From Methanomethylovorans hollandica DSM 15978 (lineage in GTDB: Archaea > Halobacteriota > Methanosarcinia > Methanosarcinales > Methanosarcinaceae), in NCBI RefSeq assembly GCF_000328665.1, contig NC_019977.1, positions 62,001-126,000 on the forward strand: a DNA stretch of 64,000 nt, read 5' to 3'. This document shows, piece after piece, positions 50,139-60,495 of the stretch. A program made the translations under genes and the position numbers. The notes under the pieces are model-generated. The model worked only from the letters and a program-made list of their open reading frames with translations, was not told the DNA's origin and ran no database searches. Positions within the stretch are counted from its first letter, which is position 1. The number at the start of each line of letters is the position of its first letter.

Positions 50139-51320
50139 ATGTCGATGACCATAGGACTTGCAGGAAAACCCAACTCAGGGAAATCCACTTTTTTCAAAGC
50201 TTCCACTCTTGCAGATGTGGAAATAGCAAATTACCCTTTTACCACCATTCATCCCAACAAGGGAGTCACTTATGTGAGGGTAAGATGTCCGTGCATGGAG
50301 CGAGATCACAGATGCGGTAACTGTGTTGAAGGAGTGCGCTATGTACCCATTGAACTCATAGATGTTGCTGGCCTTGTACCCGGCGCTCATATGGGCAAAG
50401 GTCTTGGAAATACTTTTCTGGATGATCTCAGGCAGGCTCAGGCAATCATACATGTAATAGATGCAGCAGGCTGCACAGATATAGAAGGAAACCCTATCGA
50501 TATTGGATGTCATGATCCTGTTGAAGATGTGGAGTTCCTCAACCATGAGATCACAATGTGGATGGTAGGTATACTCAAACGTAATTGGCAAAAGGTATCC
50601 CGCAAGGTCCAGGGAGAGAACCTGAAGATCGAAAGAGTGTTAGCAGAACAACTAGCTGGTGCAGGGGTCGAGGAGCCACAGGTAATTGAATCTCTTCTTA
50701 TGACAAAACTTGATCATAACATTAGCAAATGGACCGATGAAGAAATTATCGATCTGTGTGATAAGATAAGGATGATCAGCAAGCCAATGATCATTGCAGC
50801 CAATAAAGCTGATATTGCACCAGTTCAGAACTTAGAAAAATTAAAGGAGGCGGGAAGATTTGTTGTGTCTACAAGCGCGGCTGCCGAACTTGCCCTTAGG
50901 TCTGCTTCAAAGACCGGAGCTATCAAGTATGATCTTGGTGAAAGTGATTTCTCCATAATCACCCAGGACTTGAGCCCTGCCCAGCAGAAAGCTCTAGATA
51001 GCATTCGCAGCTTTCTGCATAAAATGCACAATACAGGTATTCAGGAATGCATTAACAAAGCGGTTTTCGAACTGCTTGATCTTATAGTTGTGTATCCAGT
51101 GGAAGATGAGGGGAAATGGACAGATAAACAAGGAAGGATGCTACCAGATGCATTTCTTATGAAAAGAGGGTCCAATGCCCATCAGCTTGCATTTAAGGTA
51201 CATTCTGATATAGGCGAAGGTTTTCTGTATGCAGTGGATGCAAAAACAAAGATGAGGCTGGGGGAAAAACACGAACTTGAAAATGGCTCAGTGGTAAAGA
51301 TCGTATCAACAGCAAAATAA
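50139..51320 (+). CDS. ychF: Obg-family YchF-type NTPase with TGS domain
   Basis: GKPNSGKST, NYPFTT, DVAGL, GLGNTFL, ANKAD, AFKVHSD. Confidence 0.9.
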   Translation: MSMTIGLAGKPNSGKSTFFKASTLADVEIANYPFTTIHPNKGVTYVRVRCPCMERDHRCGNCVEGVRYVPIELIDVAGLVPGAHMGKGLGNTFLDDLRQAQAIIHVIDAAGCTDIEGNPIDIGCHDPVEDVEFLNHEITMWMVGILKRNWQKVSRKVQGENLKIERVLAEQLAGAGVEEPQVIESLLMTKLDHNISKWTDEEIIDLCDKIRMISKPMIIAANKADIAPVQNLEKLKEAGRFVVSTSAAAELALRSASKTGAIKYDLGESDFSIITQDLSPAQQKALDSIRSFLHKMHNTGIQECINKAVFELLDLIVVYPVEDEGKWTDKQGRMLPDAFLMKRGSNAHQLAFKVHSDIGEGFLYAVDAKTKMRLGEKHELENGSVVKIVSTAK

Positions 51321-51352
51321 CAACAAAAGAAAATAATACAAAAGCTGAGCAT

Positions 51353-52027
51353 ATGAAATATAGGAGCATACTAAATTCAGTGTACGAAAAGTATATATTA
51401 AGAGATCTTTCCTTGAATCCCGATTCTGTTCCTGGAAACCTCACTCTGGTAATATCAGAAAGTGATCTACTTTATGAGAATGGAATGGACAAGTTAGGGA
51501 TATATATTCTATGGTGTCTGGAGTTGCACATCAAAGTTATCAGCATATATGTGGATGTGCTGGACACCGAAGAAAACCTTCGGTCAGCAATGATGGTGAG
51601 TTTGTTGGAACCTCTTAGTTTGCTGATGGAGCAGCTTCCTAAAGAAATCGGCTTTGAGATATATAACGCTGCAGGCGAATCTGTTAAAACCAGAAGCGGT
51701 ATGAATCTCATGGTGTACATGGCGATTGATTTTGGTGGCCGCAGTGAGATCACAAAGGCTGTACGAACCATACTTGAAGATGTGAAAATGAAGAAGATCT
51801 CTCCGGAACAAATTGATGAAAAGGCCATAGAATCTCATCTAATGTTGAAACATGAACCTGACCTTGTTATAAGGGCAGGAGGTAAGCATCTGTCAGATTT
51901 CATGATATGGCAGTCTGTCTACTCCGAACTTTTCTTCACGGATGTTAACTGGAGTGGTTTCAGGAAAATAGATCTGCTAAGGATTCTTCGGGATTTCAGG
52001 AAAAGACAGAGAAGGTATGGGAAGTGA
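51353..52027 (+). CDS. cis-prenyltransferase-family protein, Nus1/NgBR-like subunit
   Basis: EPDLVIRAGG.HLSDFMIWQSVYSELFF and C-terminal RRYGK; lacks the N-terminal DGNRR motif. Confidence 0.82.
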   Translation: MKYRSILNSVYEKYILRDLSLNPDSVPGNLTLVISESDLLYENGMDKLGIYILWCLELHIKVISIYVDVLDTEENLRSAMMVSLLEPLSLLMEQLPKEIGFEIYNAAGESVKTRSGMNLMVYMAIDFGGRSEITKAVRTILEDVKMKKISPEQIDEKAIESHLMLKHEPDLVIRAGGKHLSDFMIWQSVYSELFFTDVNWSGFRKIDLLRILRDFRKRQRRYGK

Positions 52028-52453
52028 TCATATTTTGCGCTGCATTCTCACAGCGTTGTCATCAAGATAATAACCTTCAACACTCTCTTTTTCTTTGAAG
52101 CCATTTGCCTGGTAGAATCTCTGTCCATCTAAATTCTTTTCTCTTACCTCTAGGGTCATGCTCTTATATCCATAATATCGGGCAATGCTTATGCACTTCT
52201 GCAATAATAATGAACCGATTCCGTGTTTTCTTTGTGTGGGATGTACTGCAATACTGAGCAGATGAGCGTTGCTCTTGAATGTGCCTAATATGGCATACCC
52301 GATTATCTTCTTTTTGTCTTCGTATACAATAAAACCAGGATTTTCCAGATTAGACCTGAAAAGAAAATCTGGCCAGGGTACAGGAAATGACAGATCTTCT
52401 ATAGCAACTATTTCTAATATATCCTTCTCCTGAGCTTCACGTATAATATACAT
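52028..52453 (-). CDS. rimI: RimI/Ard1-type N-terminal acetyltransferase
   Basis: IEDLSFPVPW, IAVHPTQRKHGIG, LEVREKN, GYY..DNA. Confidence 0.88.
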   Translation of the reverse strand: MYIIREAQEKDILEIVAIEDLSFPVPWPDFLFRSNLENPGFIVYEDKKKIIGYAILGTFKSNAHLLSIAVHPTQRKHGIGSLLLQKCISIARYYGYKSMTLEVREKNLDGQRFYQANGFKEKESVEGYYLDDNAVRMQRKI

Positions 52454-52507
52454 CTTCAGTCTTTATGAACAGTACAGTATTTATAATTGGTATCAGAAGT
52501 GGTTACT

Positions 52508-52999
52508 ATGTATGGGGTAATAGTATGTAATAAATGCAGGATGCACGCACAGATCATAACAGTGGGTACTTCCAGGACTGTGCAATGTCAGAGATGTGGT
52601 GCACGACTGGAGGTGAGGAAGCTGCAATTGATCAGCACTTCTGAGAATCGTAATGAAGTTGTCAAAAACCGGACTTTAATGCAGGCAAAGTTAGAGGCAA
52701 ACGTTCCTGTTAATTCGATACATGCAGCAGTTCTTAACTGCCAGATATCTCAGAAAAATACTATTAATGGCAATGTATATTCATACATGCCGGATGATGG
52801 CAGAAATGTCCGTAGCAAAGATCCTGTTAAGATCATCCTTGACAATATTTCCGATCAGGCTGAAATAAGTCTAGATGAACTTGAAGAGAAATGTTCAGTA
52901 CTTGGCATAGAAAAAGATCTGATTGTGAAGGTGATTACAAGGTTATTGGAAACCGGAGATCTGTATTCTCCTGAAAGCGGAAAGGTTAAAAAAGTATGA
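52508..52999 (+). CDS. Zn-ribbon plus C-terminal winged-helix hypothetical protein
   Basis: CNKC...CQRCG; C-terminal ITRLLETGDLYSPESG. Confidence 0.7.
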   Translation: MYGVIVCNKCRMHAQIITVGTSRTVQCQRCGARLEVRKLQLISTSENRNEVVKNRTLMQAKLEANVPVNSIHAAVLNCQISQKNTINGNVYSYMPDDGRNVRSKDPVKIILDNISDQAEISLDELEEKCSVLGIEKDLIVKVITRLLETGDLYSPESGKVKKV

Positions 53000-53119
53000 T
53001 TTTACATCTCTTGCAGCACATTCTTAATTATACAAAAGCTTATTTAAAAAGAGTACCTATATATGCTGCTTTAATAATGCACTTCTGAAATATACAGAAC
53101 ACTTTTGATTGGTTAGAAC

Positions 53120-54397
53120 ATGGCAGATATAACCCTTGATATAATTGAGCTTTTGCTTACCACTCATATATTCAATAAATATTCTGAATTGGAAATAAAT
53201 GATCTTCCAAAAAATATACGGAAGAATTACTGGAGCCGGGAAAAAAGGACAGTCCCGAGGCCGATATTAGTATCAAGTTCGGATGTCGAGAAGCTTTTTG
53301 AGGTAAAGGAGTTCAAGGGAGAGGTAAGATCACTGCCTTTCATAGATTTCAATGAACGCGATTTTCGCATTCGTCTCACGGCTTTTGAGGTAGCTGCAGA
53401 ATGGTTCGAGAAAAGGGAAGGGGCACTTGAAAAAATAGCACATAACCCATGTCTGGCATACTACTACGAGAAGAAGAAATTAGAGGGTGCAAATTATGCT
53501 GACGCCCGCAGCAAGATAGGGCCAAAGGAAGTTGACAGAGAGTGGATAGAGTCTCTGATAAATGCCATTGCTGCTGAGGAAGGGGGCGATGATATGCTTA
53601 AACTTGTCCAGATCAAGGCTCCTGAGGATATTGTTCAGCCTTTGAGAGACCTTGTCCTCTCAAAAGAACAGGAGGCAGAGGTGGAGAAGATAGTAAAGGC
53701 CATTCAATATAGGGATTACCTCAATAAAATAGGTCTTTATGATATAGGAAAGATCCTCATGGTGGGCCCACCGGGTACTGGCAAGACCAGTGTTGCAAGG
53801 GCAATGTCAGAACGCCTTGCAATACCCTTTGTTGAGGTCAAGCTCTCTATGATCACTGATCAGTATCTCGGAGAAACAGCAAAGAACATAGACAGAGTGT
53901 TCGCCCTTGCAAAAAGGTTGAATCCTTGCATCCTTTTTATAGATGAATTTGATTTTGTAGCCAAGACAAGAACATCTGATGAGCATGCAGCTTTGAAGAG
54001 AGCTGTAAATACTTTACTCAAGGCCATAGATGATATAAGCCTCACAAGGGATGGAGTGTTGCTTATGGCAGCTACGAACCACCCAAGAATGCTAGATTCT
54101 GCAGCCTGGAGAAGATTTGATGAGATCATGAATTTCCCGCTGCCAGACGAGGAAATGAGAAAACACATCCTTGATATCATCACCAAACCTATACCAGGTG
54201 AATTTGACAACTTTGAAATAGCAGCTCTCACTGAAGGATACAGCGGATCTGATCTGAGGATGGTCATAAGAGAAAGCGTACTCACTGCCCTTGTCGAGGA
54301 AAGGACTGAACTAACCCAGCAAGATATGCTCAATGCTGTCGATGCTTTTAATGAAAGGGCCGTTATAAAAACAGACGAATATTCCGATCAGGTCTAA
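53120..54397 (+). CDS. AAA+ ATPase
   Basis: GPPGTGKT, FIDEFD, AATNHP..LDSAAWRRFD, GYSGSDL. Confidence 0.9.
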   Translation: MADITLDIIELLLTTHIFNKYSELEINDLPKNIRKNYWSREKRTVPRPILVSSSDVEKLFEVKEFKGEVRSLPFIDFNERDFRIRLTAFEVAAEWFEKREGALEKIAHNPCLAYYYEKKKLEGANYADARSKIGPKEVDREWIESLINAIAAEEGGDDMLKLVQIKAPEDIVQPLRDLVLSKEQEAEVEKIVKAIQYRDYLNKIGLYDIGKILMVGPPGTGKTSVARAMSERLAIPFVEVKLSMITDQYLGETAKNIDRVFALAKRLNPCILFIDEFDFVAKTRTSDEHAALKRAVNTLLKAIDDISLTRDGVLLMAATNHPRMLDSAAWRRFDEIMNFPLPDEEMRKHILDIITKPIPGEFDNFEIAALTEGYSGSDLRMVIRESVLTALVEERTELTQQDMLNAVDAFNERAVIKTDEYSDQV

Positions 54398-54402
54398 TAC
54401 AC

Positions 54403-55143
54403 ATGAAGATCACTCTTCTGGGAACAGGTGATGCTCCCGGCACTCCTGTAATAGGATGCACATGCCCGACCTGCATTGATGCTCAAAACGGTGGGCGCAG
54501 CAAGAGAACAAGGTTTTCTATACTCGTAGAGTCGCAAAACGGAAAGGTGCTTGTGGATACAGGTCCTGACCTACGTTCTCAGCTACTTGTTAATGGTGTA
54601 CACCATGTCGATGGTGTGATCTGGACACATACACATTATGATCATTTTGCAGGTTTTGCTGAATTCCACAGGGTGCAGTACAACGTTGATGTCTATGGAA
54701 TAAAAGAAACCCTGAATTACATTCTGGAATATCTGCATTATATGCACCCCAGGCACCATGAGGTAAAGATGTACAGTCCTTTTTTGCTTATAGGTCTGGA
54801 ATTCACACTTTTTGAAGTGGTGCATCCTCCCGCTAAAAGACCCGTTGGAGTAATGATCAAAGAAGGTAACAAAAAAGTAGTTATTACTGGGGACACACAG
54901 CGCAATATATCTGGCAGAAGCCTTGAGCTTATAGAGAACCCGGACCTTCTCATAGCCGATGCAATAGTGCCACCTACTGTGGAAGTGAAAAAGCACATGA
55001 ATTCGGAAGAGGCTTTGGACCTGGCCAGGTCAATTGGTGCAAAAAGAGTTGTTTTTACTCATCTGAGCCACTATTTTGCACCACATGAAATAGCCTCTAA
55101 AGAATTGCCTCTGGGGTTCGATGGAATGGAAATAAACGTATAG
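54403..55143 (+). CDS. MBL-fold metallohydrolase (PhnP-like)
   Basis: LLGTG..G.P.IGC.C..C, THTHYDH, TGDT, THLSH. Confidence 0.9.
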   Translation: MKITLLGTGDAPGTPVIGCTCPTCIDAQNGGRSKRTRFSILVESQNGKVLVDTGPDLRSQLLVNGVHHVDGVIWTHTHYDHFAGFAEFHRVQYNVDVYGIKETLNYILEYLHYMHPRHHEVKMYSPFLLIGLEFTLFEVVHPPAKRPVGVMIKEGNKKVVITGDTQRNISGRSLELIENPDLLIADAIVPPTVEVKKHMNSEEALDLARSIGAKRVVFTHLSHYFAPHEIASKELPLGFDGMEINV

Positions 55144-55162
55144 CCAGCTACAAGGATATAAA

Positions 55163-56089
55163 TCACGTCCTTCGCTTTTTTCCATTTGCTCCAGCTTCGA
55201 TCTGCTCCCGTAGTTCTCTTAATCTTCTTCTGTTTTTGAGATAATTTACAATGGTTATTATGGCCAGTGTACTCAAAATAGTTCCGGCAATAAGAAGGCC
55301 CTTAGGTGCCGATTTCGCATAAAATTTTACTCCTATGACCTTTAATGTATTGGATGGTGCTTGGATTTCCGTCTTGAATACGGTTTCGAACATATTTGCC
55401 AAGGAACTTTTCTCCGTACCCATATTATACCATACAATATTCATTCTTCCTCTGTCGTCAAAATATATCTGGTCTGCATCAGGTCTTGCTCTGCCTATAA
55501 AGGAATTACCTGTTGTATAGCCTTCAGGCAGTACAAAACGCACTACTGATGGTGTCTGAGCAACATGCAGAAAATTCCGGCCTGATGGAATGGTCATTGT
55601 ATATGCTACATAACCTCTGATGGGCTCACTGAAATTCAGATAGATATGTTTTTGTCCTTTTATCACCTCTTCAGAAATTGTGTAATTAAGGGATGATACT
55701 TTTTGTTCCTTTGCATAATTCTTAAAAAGGCTGACAGAGGAGTTAGTATTATTTGCATAGTCTGCTATGACTACTATGTTTGACAGTATCTCTGCATCTC
55801 TTTTCGTGAGATCTTCCAGGGGTATAATGTCCAATACAGATTCGTTGTCAATTATGTTCACAACTTTTGCACTGGAATTTGCAGACAGGTAAAAAGTACT
55901 GGTCCTTGCAAAACTATCGTTGAGCTGGCTTCCATTGAGAAACACATCAAATTCATAGATCGAAGGATCAGGTGTATTCGGATCATTTTCCAAAGGCACT
56001 AATTCGTCTATGCATCCGGACAGAGAAACTACTGCCAGGAAACAGGCAATCAGCAGAATATATCTATTCATTGTTCTATCAAAGATCAT
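55163..56089 (-). CDS. Membrane-anchored lipoprotein-like protein (DUF5803-like)
   Basis: LSGC lipobox, LPEGY..GN.FIG..RP, C-terminal TM helix. Confidence 0.65.
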   Translation of the reverse strand: MIFDRTMNRYILLIACFLAVVSLSGCIDELVPLENDPNTPDPSIYEFDVFLNGSQLNDSFARTSTFYLSANSSAKVVNIIDNESVLDIIPLEDLTKRDAEILSNIVVIADYANNTNSSVSLFKNYAKEQKVSSLNYTISEEVIKGQKHIYLNFSEPIRGYVAYTMTIPSGRNFLHVAQTPSVVRFVLPEGYTTGNSFIGRARPDADQIYFDDRGRMNIVWYNMGTEKSSLANMFETVFKTEIQAPSNTLKVIGVKFYAKSAPKGLLIAGTILSTLAIITIVNYLKNRRRLRELREQIEAGANGKKRRT

Positions 56090-56123
56090 ATTATTAATTC
56101 AATATATCGCTTTCAGTTAGTTA

Positions 56124-56921
56124 TCAAACTATGAGTTTTTTCTTCATGAGATTCATGGAAAGTATAAAAAAAAGTATAGATGCCAGCAATATCCATACCA
56201 CGTCTGACAGCAGAGATAATTCTAAAGAACCATAGGCAAGTGTCCTTATGACCCTTACTATATGTGTGAGTGGTAAGAAGGCCAAAGCAAGGTATTGGAT
56301 TGGCTCAGGCAGTACTTCCAGGGGGAAAAATGTTCCGCTAAACAGGAACATAGGTGTAATGAATAGCAGTGCAGGATAATTCAGAGCCATGATGTTCGGC
56401 GTCATTGCGGTAAAACACATGGCTATGCAGGCAAACAGCAATCCTCCTAGGAATGCAAAAGGAATAATTAAAAGTGCATATTTTAGATCGATCAGACCAA
56501 AGGCTGCGATCACAGGTACCATTACAAAGGCATTTATCGTACTGCGTGTGGCTCCCCACAACAACTCACCTGCGATGACATCCTCTATAATGAGGGGAGT
56601 AGCTATGATAGCATCGAATGTCTTTTGGTAATACATTCTCACATAAGAACCATAGGTGCACTCAAAGAAAGACGCATACATGACAGAAACTGCTATGAGG
56701 GCTGGGGCTATAAATTGTGCATAGGACATACCATTTATCTCATCCACAAATGTCCCAAGTCCGAGTCCCATTGCCAGCAGGTATAGTATGGGTTCTAAGA
56801 AAGGTGGCAGAAAATTAAGTTTAACGTTCTTCATGAAAACATCCTTGTTCCTTAACCAGACCTTTAATAGCCTTCTGTTCAGTTCGGGAATTTGGAAATA
56901 TTGCATATAGGACATGTTCAC
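56124..56921 (-). CDS. ABC-2 exporter permease (NodJ-like)
   Basis: EPILYLLAMG.GLG, FIAPAL, PMFLFSGTFFP. Confidence 0.9.
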   Translation of the reverse strand: MNMSYMQYFQIPELNRRLLKVWLRNKDVFMKNVKLNFLPPFLEPILYLLAMGLGLGTFVDEINGMSYAQFIAPALIAVSVMYASFFECTYGSYVRMYYQKTFDAIIATPLIIEDVIAGELLWGATRSTINAFVMVPVIAAFGLIDLKYALLIIPFAFLGGLLFACIAMCFTAMTPNIMALNYPALLFITPMFLFSGTFFPLEVLPEPIQYLALAFLPLTHIVRVIRTLAYGSLELSLLSDVVWILLASILFFILSMNLMKKKLIV

Positions 56922-57835
56922 TCCCTCAGTTTTCTGCCTGTGAGTTTAAGGAACACATCTTCAAGGGTTGCCTTTCGTGTGGTCATTTTATCCAAAGAGC
57001 ATTCCTTACTGAGCTGGTCTGTGATATGTGTTGGGTCATTTGTATATATCACTATGATATCTCCCATAACTTCATAGCTGGAATCACTTTTTTGCAGGCA
57101 CTCTACAATTTCCGAATGGTTGTTAACTTCCACCACACCACTGCCTATGTGATCATTTATTATCTGGCCAGGCTCGCCTTCTACGATTATTTTCCCATAG
57201 TCCATTACAACAAGCCTGTCACATAATTTTTCTGCTTCATCCAGATAATGGGTTGTAAGCACAATGGTGACCCCACTTTTTTTCAGAAAGCGTAGTTTAT
57301 CCCATATTAGATGCCTCGCCTGAGGATCAAGCCCCACAGTAGGTTCATCAAGTATTATCAAGCTAGGTTTGTTCAAGAGTGCCCTGGCAAGCACAAGACG
57401 GCGTTTCATGCCCCCTGACAGGGATTCTGGCATCGAGTTCTTTTTGTCACGAAGCTGCACGAAATCCAGGAGCTCTTCAATACGTTTATCTGCTTCTATT
57501 GGAGGAATATCAAAGTATCGGGAGTAATTCCTGAGGTTTTCATACACAGTAAAATCAGGGTCCAGATTGTTCTCCTGGGGTACGATTCCCATGTATTTTT
57601 TTATCTCTCGTTGATGGGCAGATACGTCCATACCAAAAACTTCAAGCTTGCCAGATGTTTTGGGTGAAACACACTGGATCATTTTCATAGTGGTAGTCTT
57701 TCCTGCACCATTGGGACCTAAAAATCCGAACATTTCCCCCTCTTTCACCTGAAAACTTACTCCATCAACGGCTGTGAGTTTACTGTATCTTTTGAAGAGA
57801 CCCTCTGCCTGGATTATAGTATTTATGGTCACCAT
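56918..57835 (-). CDS. ABC exporter ATP-binding protein (NodI-like)
   Basis: GPNGAGKTT, LSGGMKRR, LDEPTVGLDPQAR; likely start MVTIN. Confidence 0.92.
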   Translation of the reverse strand: MVTINTIIQAEGLFKRYSKLTAVDGVSFQVKEGEMFGFLGPNGAGKTTTMKMIQCVSPKTSGKLEVFGMDVSAHQREIKKYMGIVPQENNLDPDFTVYENLRNYSRYFDIPPIEADKRIEELLDFVQLRDKKNSMPESLSGGMKRRLVLARALLNKPSLIILDEPTVGLDPQARHLIWDKLRFLKKSGVTIVLTTHYLDEAEKLCDRLVVMDYGKIIVEGEPGQIINDHIGSGVVEVNNHSEIVECLQKSDSSYEVMGDIIVIYTNDPTHITDQLSKECSLDKMTTRKATLEDVFLKLTGRKLRE

Positions 57836-57934
57836 CTTGTTATATGGCGGGGGATGTGTTCTTATGCTTTTCGATGGGTGATCAATTACGCAAAGTTTAT
57901 GACAGAAGCTTTCCTCCTTATTATAGGAGCTTAT

Positions 57935-58342
57935 ATGGCACAACTACAGAACATAATACGGACAGCACAAGAAAAAAGGTCTTTTCAGACCCTCCTTAAA
58001 GCCGCAGAGATACTGGGTCTAATTGATAAATACAGCAATACAGGTCCTTTTACTGTGTTCGCACCAGTGGAGTCGGCCTTTGAGGTGATACCTGAAGAGG
58101 TCATAGAGGAGGCATTTGCTGATATTCCCTATTTGATGGGGATCATAAATTATCATATAGTTGAAGGCAAATATGTGTTGCAGGATCTTCAGAACATTGA
58201 TTTCCTCAAAACTATAAGTGGTAAAGAACTGAGAATAAAACATAATGGTACTATTGTGGTCGATACCGCCAATATAATAGAGCCAGATATTGAATGCAGT
58301 AATGGTGTCATCCATGCTATAAGTGATATCCTGGTTCCATAA
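57935..58342 (+). CDS. Fasciclin (FAS1) domain protein
   Basis: GPFTVFAP..AF, YHIV.G, SNGVIHAI..ILVP; aggag RBS. Confidence 0.9.
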   Translation: MAQLQNIIRTAQEKRSFQTLLKAAEILGLIDKYSNTGPFTVFAPVESAFEVIPEEVIEEAFADIPYLMGIINYHIVEGKYVLQDLQNIDFLKTISGKELRIKHNGTIVVDTANIIEPDIECSNGVIHAISDILVP

Positions 58343-58911
58343 AGAGGATGAACTGAATATGCTTTTCAGATCCTATGTATACATTTTTACATCAAATTCC
58401 TTAATCAGAATAACTTCTTTGTATACACATAGTTCTCTTCAAAGAACACTTCATACTATCCAATAAGTGGGTATGGATTTAGTATCTCTACGTATCCATC
58501 GTGGCATAGCCTCTACTAATCAGCTACATCTCCTACATTACTCAAAGTGCGCTGTAGGATAAGTTTTTCATCACTCACTAGCAGTTGCAGCCAATCCGGT
58601 AAGCAGCACTAACTATGTTATGCGCCTATACGCTTGGTGGGGCATATTTTTATTAGAAGTTTACTTGAGAAATCAAGGCAGTATTACAAAGTATGTAAAA
58701 ATCAGTGACAAAATAACATTTTCACAAAAAGTAAAAAGCATCGCGGAATTCTCAACTTAGTAATAATTAGCTTTTCCAGGTATCAATATTTATATGCCTC
58801 ATATATGGGAGGCGCATGGATATTGTTCCACTCGGGACTCAATAAAATATCTACCCAGGGTACAACCTATTAACAGCTATGTATTTAGCAGAATAATTAA
58901 AATATGATTAA

Positions 58912-58986
58912 TGGGGCCGTGGAGATTTGAACTCCAGTCACTAGACCCCCAGTCTAGTAGGATGGTCCAGGCTACCCTACGGCCCC
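58912..58986 (-). tRNA. tRNA-Pro(GGG)
   Basis: ggggccg/cggcccc acceptor; ctaga-ctggggg-tctag; gttcaaatc. Confidence 0.95.
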
Positions 58987-59034
58987 ATCAGGGACGAACA
59001 TATCCTAATGTACATTGTAGTATATCTCTTTTTC

Positions 59035-59775
59035 CTATGATATCTGTATGTTTGTGGTCCAGATATTGTATGCCTCTATGACCTCAGAACCTTCGACAAA
59101 GACCATTCCATGTTCCTCTGCGTAGGCTATAGCATCCTCTTTAGACAAAGCTCTGCCTGTGTTATCGTCCAGCATCTCGCACACCACCATGGATGGTGTG
59201 ACATTGGCTATCCTGGCAAGTGCAATGGAGAGTTCGGTCTGGCCAAGTCTTTCATCTATCAGTCCTTTTGCTGCGCGAAGGGTTGCCACATGACCAGGGG
59301 TACGGAACTCAGAACCAAAGTTCACTTTATTGCCTGCAAGTACTTGCTCTACCATATCTCCTAATTTTTTTATGGTGATCGCTCTATCATTATCCGGGAT
59401 ACCCGTGCGAGTATCTCTGTGGTTTACCCAGATAGAGAACGAAGAACGTGAATCATATCGAAGGTCTCCTCCCTTTTCCACGGTAGTTCCAAGAGTAGTG
59501 CTATACTCATTTGCAGAACGGATTACATCTGCCATAAAAGGCAAGCCCATTTCTTCACAAGCTACGGGATCTAAGGCCACACATATCAGGCCGCCTCCGT
59601 CTTTACGCATCAGCTTCACATCTTCAGGCTTAATAGCCTGTGCAAGAATAGTGAGGTCCGTTTCGGCTTCCCTGCCCTCTGCATCAAAAAGTAGGAACAT
59701 CTTACCCTGCCTTATGGCATCTACAGCCTTTAGTATGTTCTTGCTGTATCCTTGCCTGCCTGTCATAACTGTCAT
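59035..59775 (-). CDS. ribB: 3,4-dihydroxy-2-butanone-4-phosphate synthase (archaeal type)
   Basis: REAETD, GGGLIC, TGIPDNDRA.T, FRTPGHV, GQTE, CEML. Confidence 0.95.
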   Translation of the reverse strand: MTVMTGRQGYSKNILKAVDAIRQGKMFLLFDAEGREAETDLTILAQAIKPEDVKLMRKDGGGLICVALDPVACEEMGLPFMADVIRSANEYSTTLGTTVEKGGDLRYDSRSSFSIWVNHRDTRTGIPDNDRAITIKKLGDMVEQVLAGNKVNFGSEFRTPGHVATLRAAKGLIDERLGQTELSIALARIANVTPSMVVCEMLDDNTGRALSKEDAIAYAEEHGMVFVEGSEVIEAYNIWTTNIQIS

Positions 59776-59776
59776 T

Positions 59777-60451
59777 TTATCCCTCACGTTTGTCTTTTTT
59801 CTCTACTACTATTTTCACTTCGTCCCCATCTTTCAAATGAAGCTTCTCCCGAAGGTTTACGGGAGCTATTATCTCCAGCAGATTAGTTGGATAATGTGTT
59901 CTTTCCGGGACAATGATAGCGCTCTTCACCCCATCTATTTTGATAGGATAACATTTCCCTGCACCAAAGGTACGCTCTGCGTCATTGAAACCCTGTATGC
60001 AGACAGGTTGTATGCAATCCATTCGCTGGAGAATTGAAACACTATTCTCATTGAGTTTTATATTCAGAGTTCCGGGAAACGGTTGGAAACCCAGTTTTTC
60101 AGAAAATTGCAACATGTAGCTATTTTGTGAGATGTAGTACTGTCCCTCTCCCAGGCCTGCTACCACCTGTCCATATAGCTCGATATCTTCGCCATCACCA
60201 CAGAAGATACGCTGATATTCGTCATATTCCTTCCGCAACAGTTCTATTCCATTGCACGTGAGTATGATCTTCTGTCCTCCAGGGACAAGTCGGCGTTCAA
60301 TATATCTATCATCTTCGAGCTTTTTGAGCAACCTTGCTGCCGTTTTGGAACTGGTGGTAGTGTATTGTGCGAACTCAGCTGAAGATATCTTTATAAGATT
60401 TTTAGTAGCACCAAGAAGTGCCAATTTCTTTAAAGGTTCTGCAACATACAT
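59777..60451 (-). CDS. ribK: HTH-fused CTP-dependent riboflavin kinase / regulator (RbkR type)
   Basis: N-terminal wHTH (TAARLLKKLE); GLGEGQYY, PFPGTLN, PERTHY, EIIAP.NLR. Confidence 0.92.
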   Translation of the reverse strand: MYVAEPLKKLALLGATKNLIKISSAEFAQYTTTSSKTAARLLKKLEDDRYIERRLVPGGQKIILTCNGIELLRKEYDEYQRIFCGDGEDIELYGQVVAGLGEGQYYISQNSYMLQFSEKLGFQPFPGTLNIKLNENSVSILQRMDCIQPVCIQGFNDAERTFGAGKCYPIKIDGVKSAIIVPERTHYPTNLLEIIAPVNLREKLHLKDGDEVKIVVEKKDKREG

Positions 60452-60461
60452 AATATAACCC

Positions 60462-60495
60462 CCATCTCATATTCGAGATGGAGCTCATATTTGAG
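60462..60495. promoter_or_regulatory. Tandem palindromic operators upstream of ribK-ribB (probable RbkR sites)
   Basis: CCATCTC-atattc-GAGATGG and CTC-atattt-GAG, 18 bp apart; an extra half-site at 60551. Confidence 0.65.

Noticed and set aside
58547..58646. GTGCG as a group II intron 5' end
   Set aside because: No domain V/VI or RT/maturase; the region is far too short
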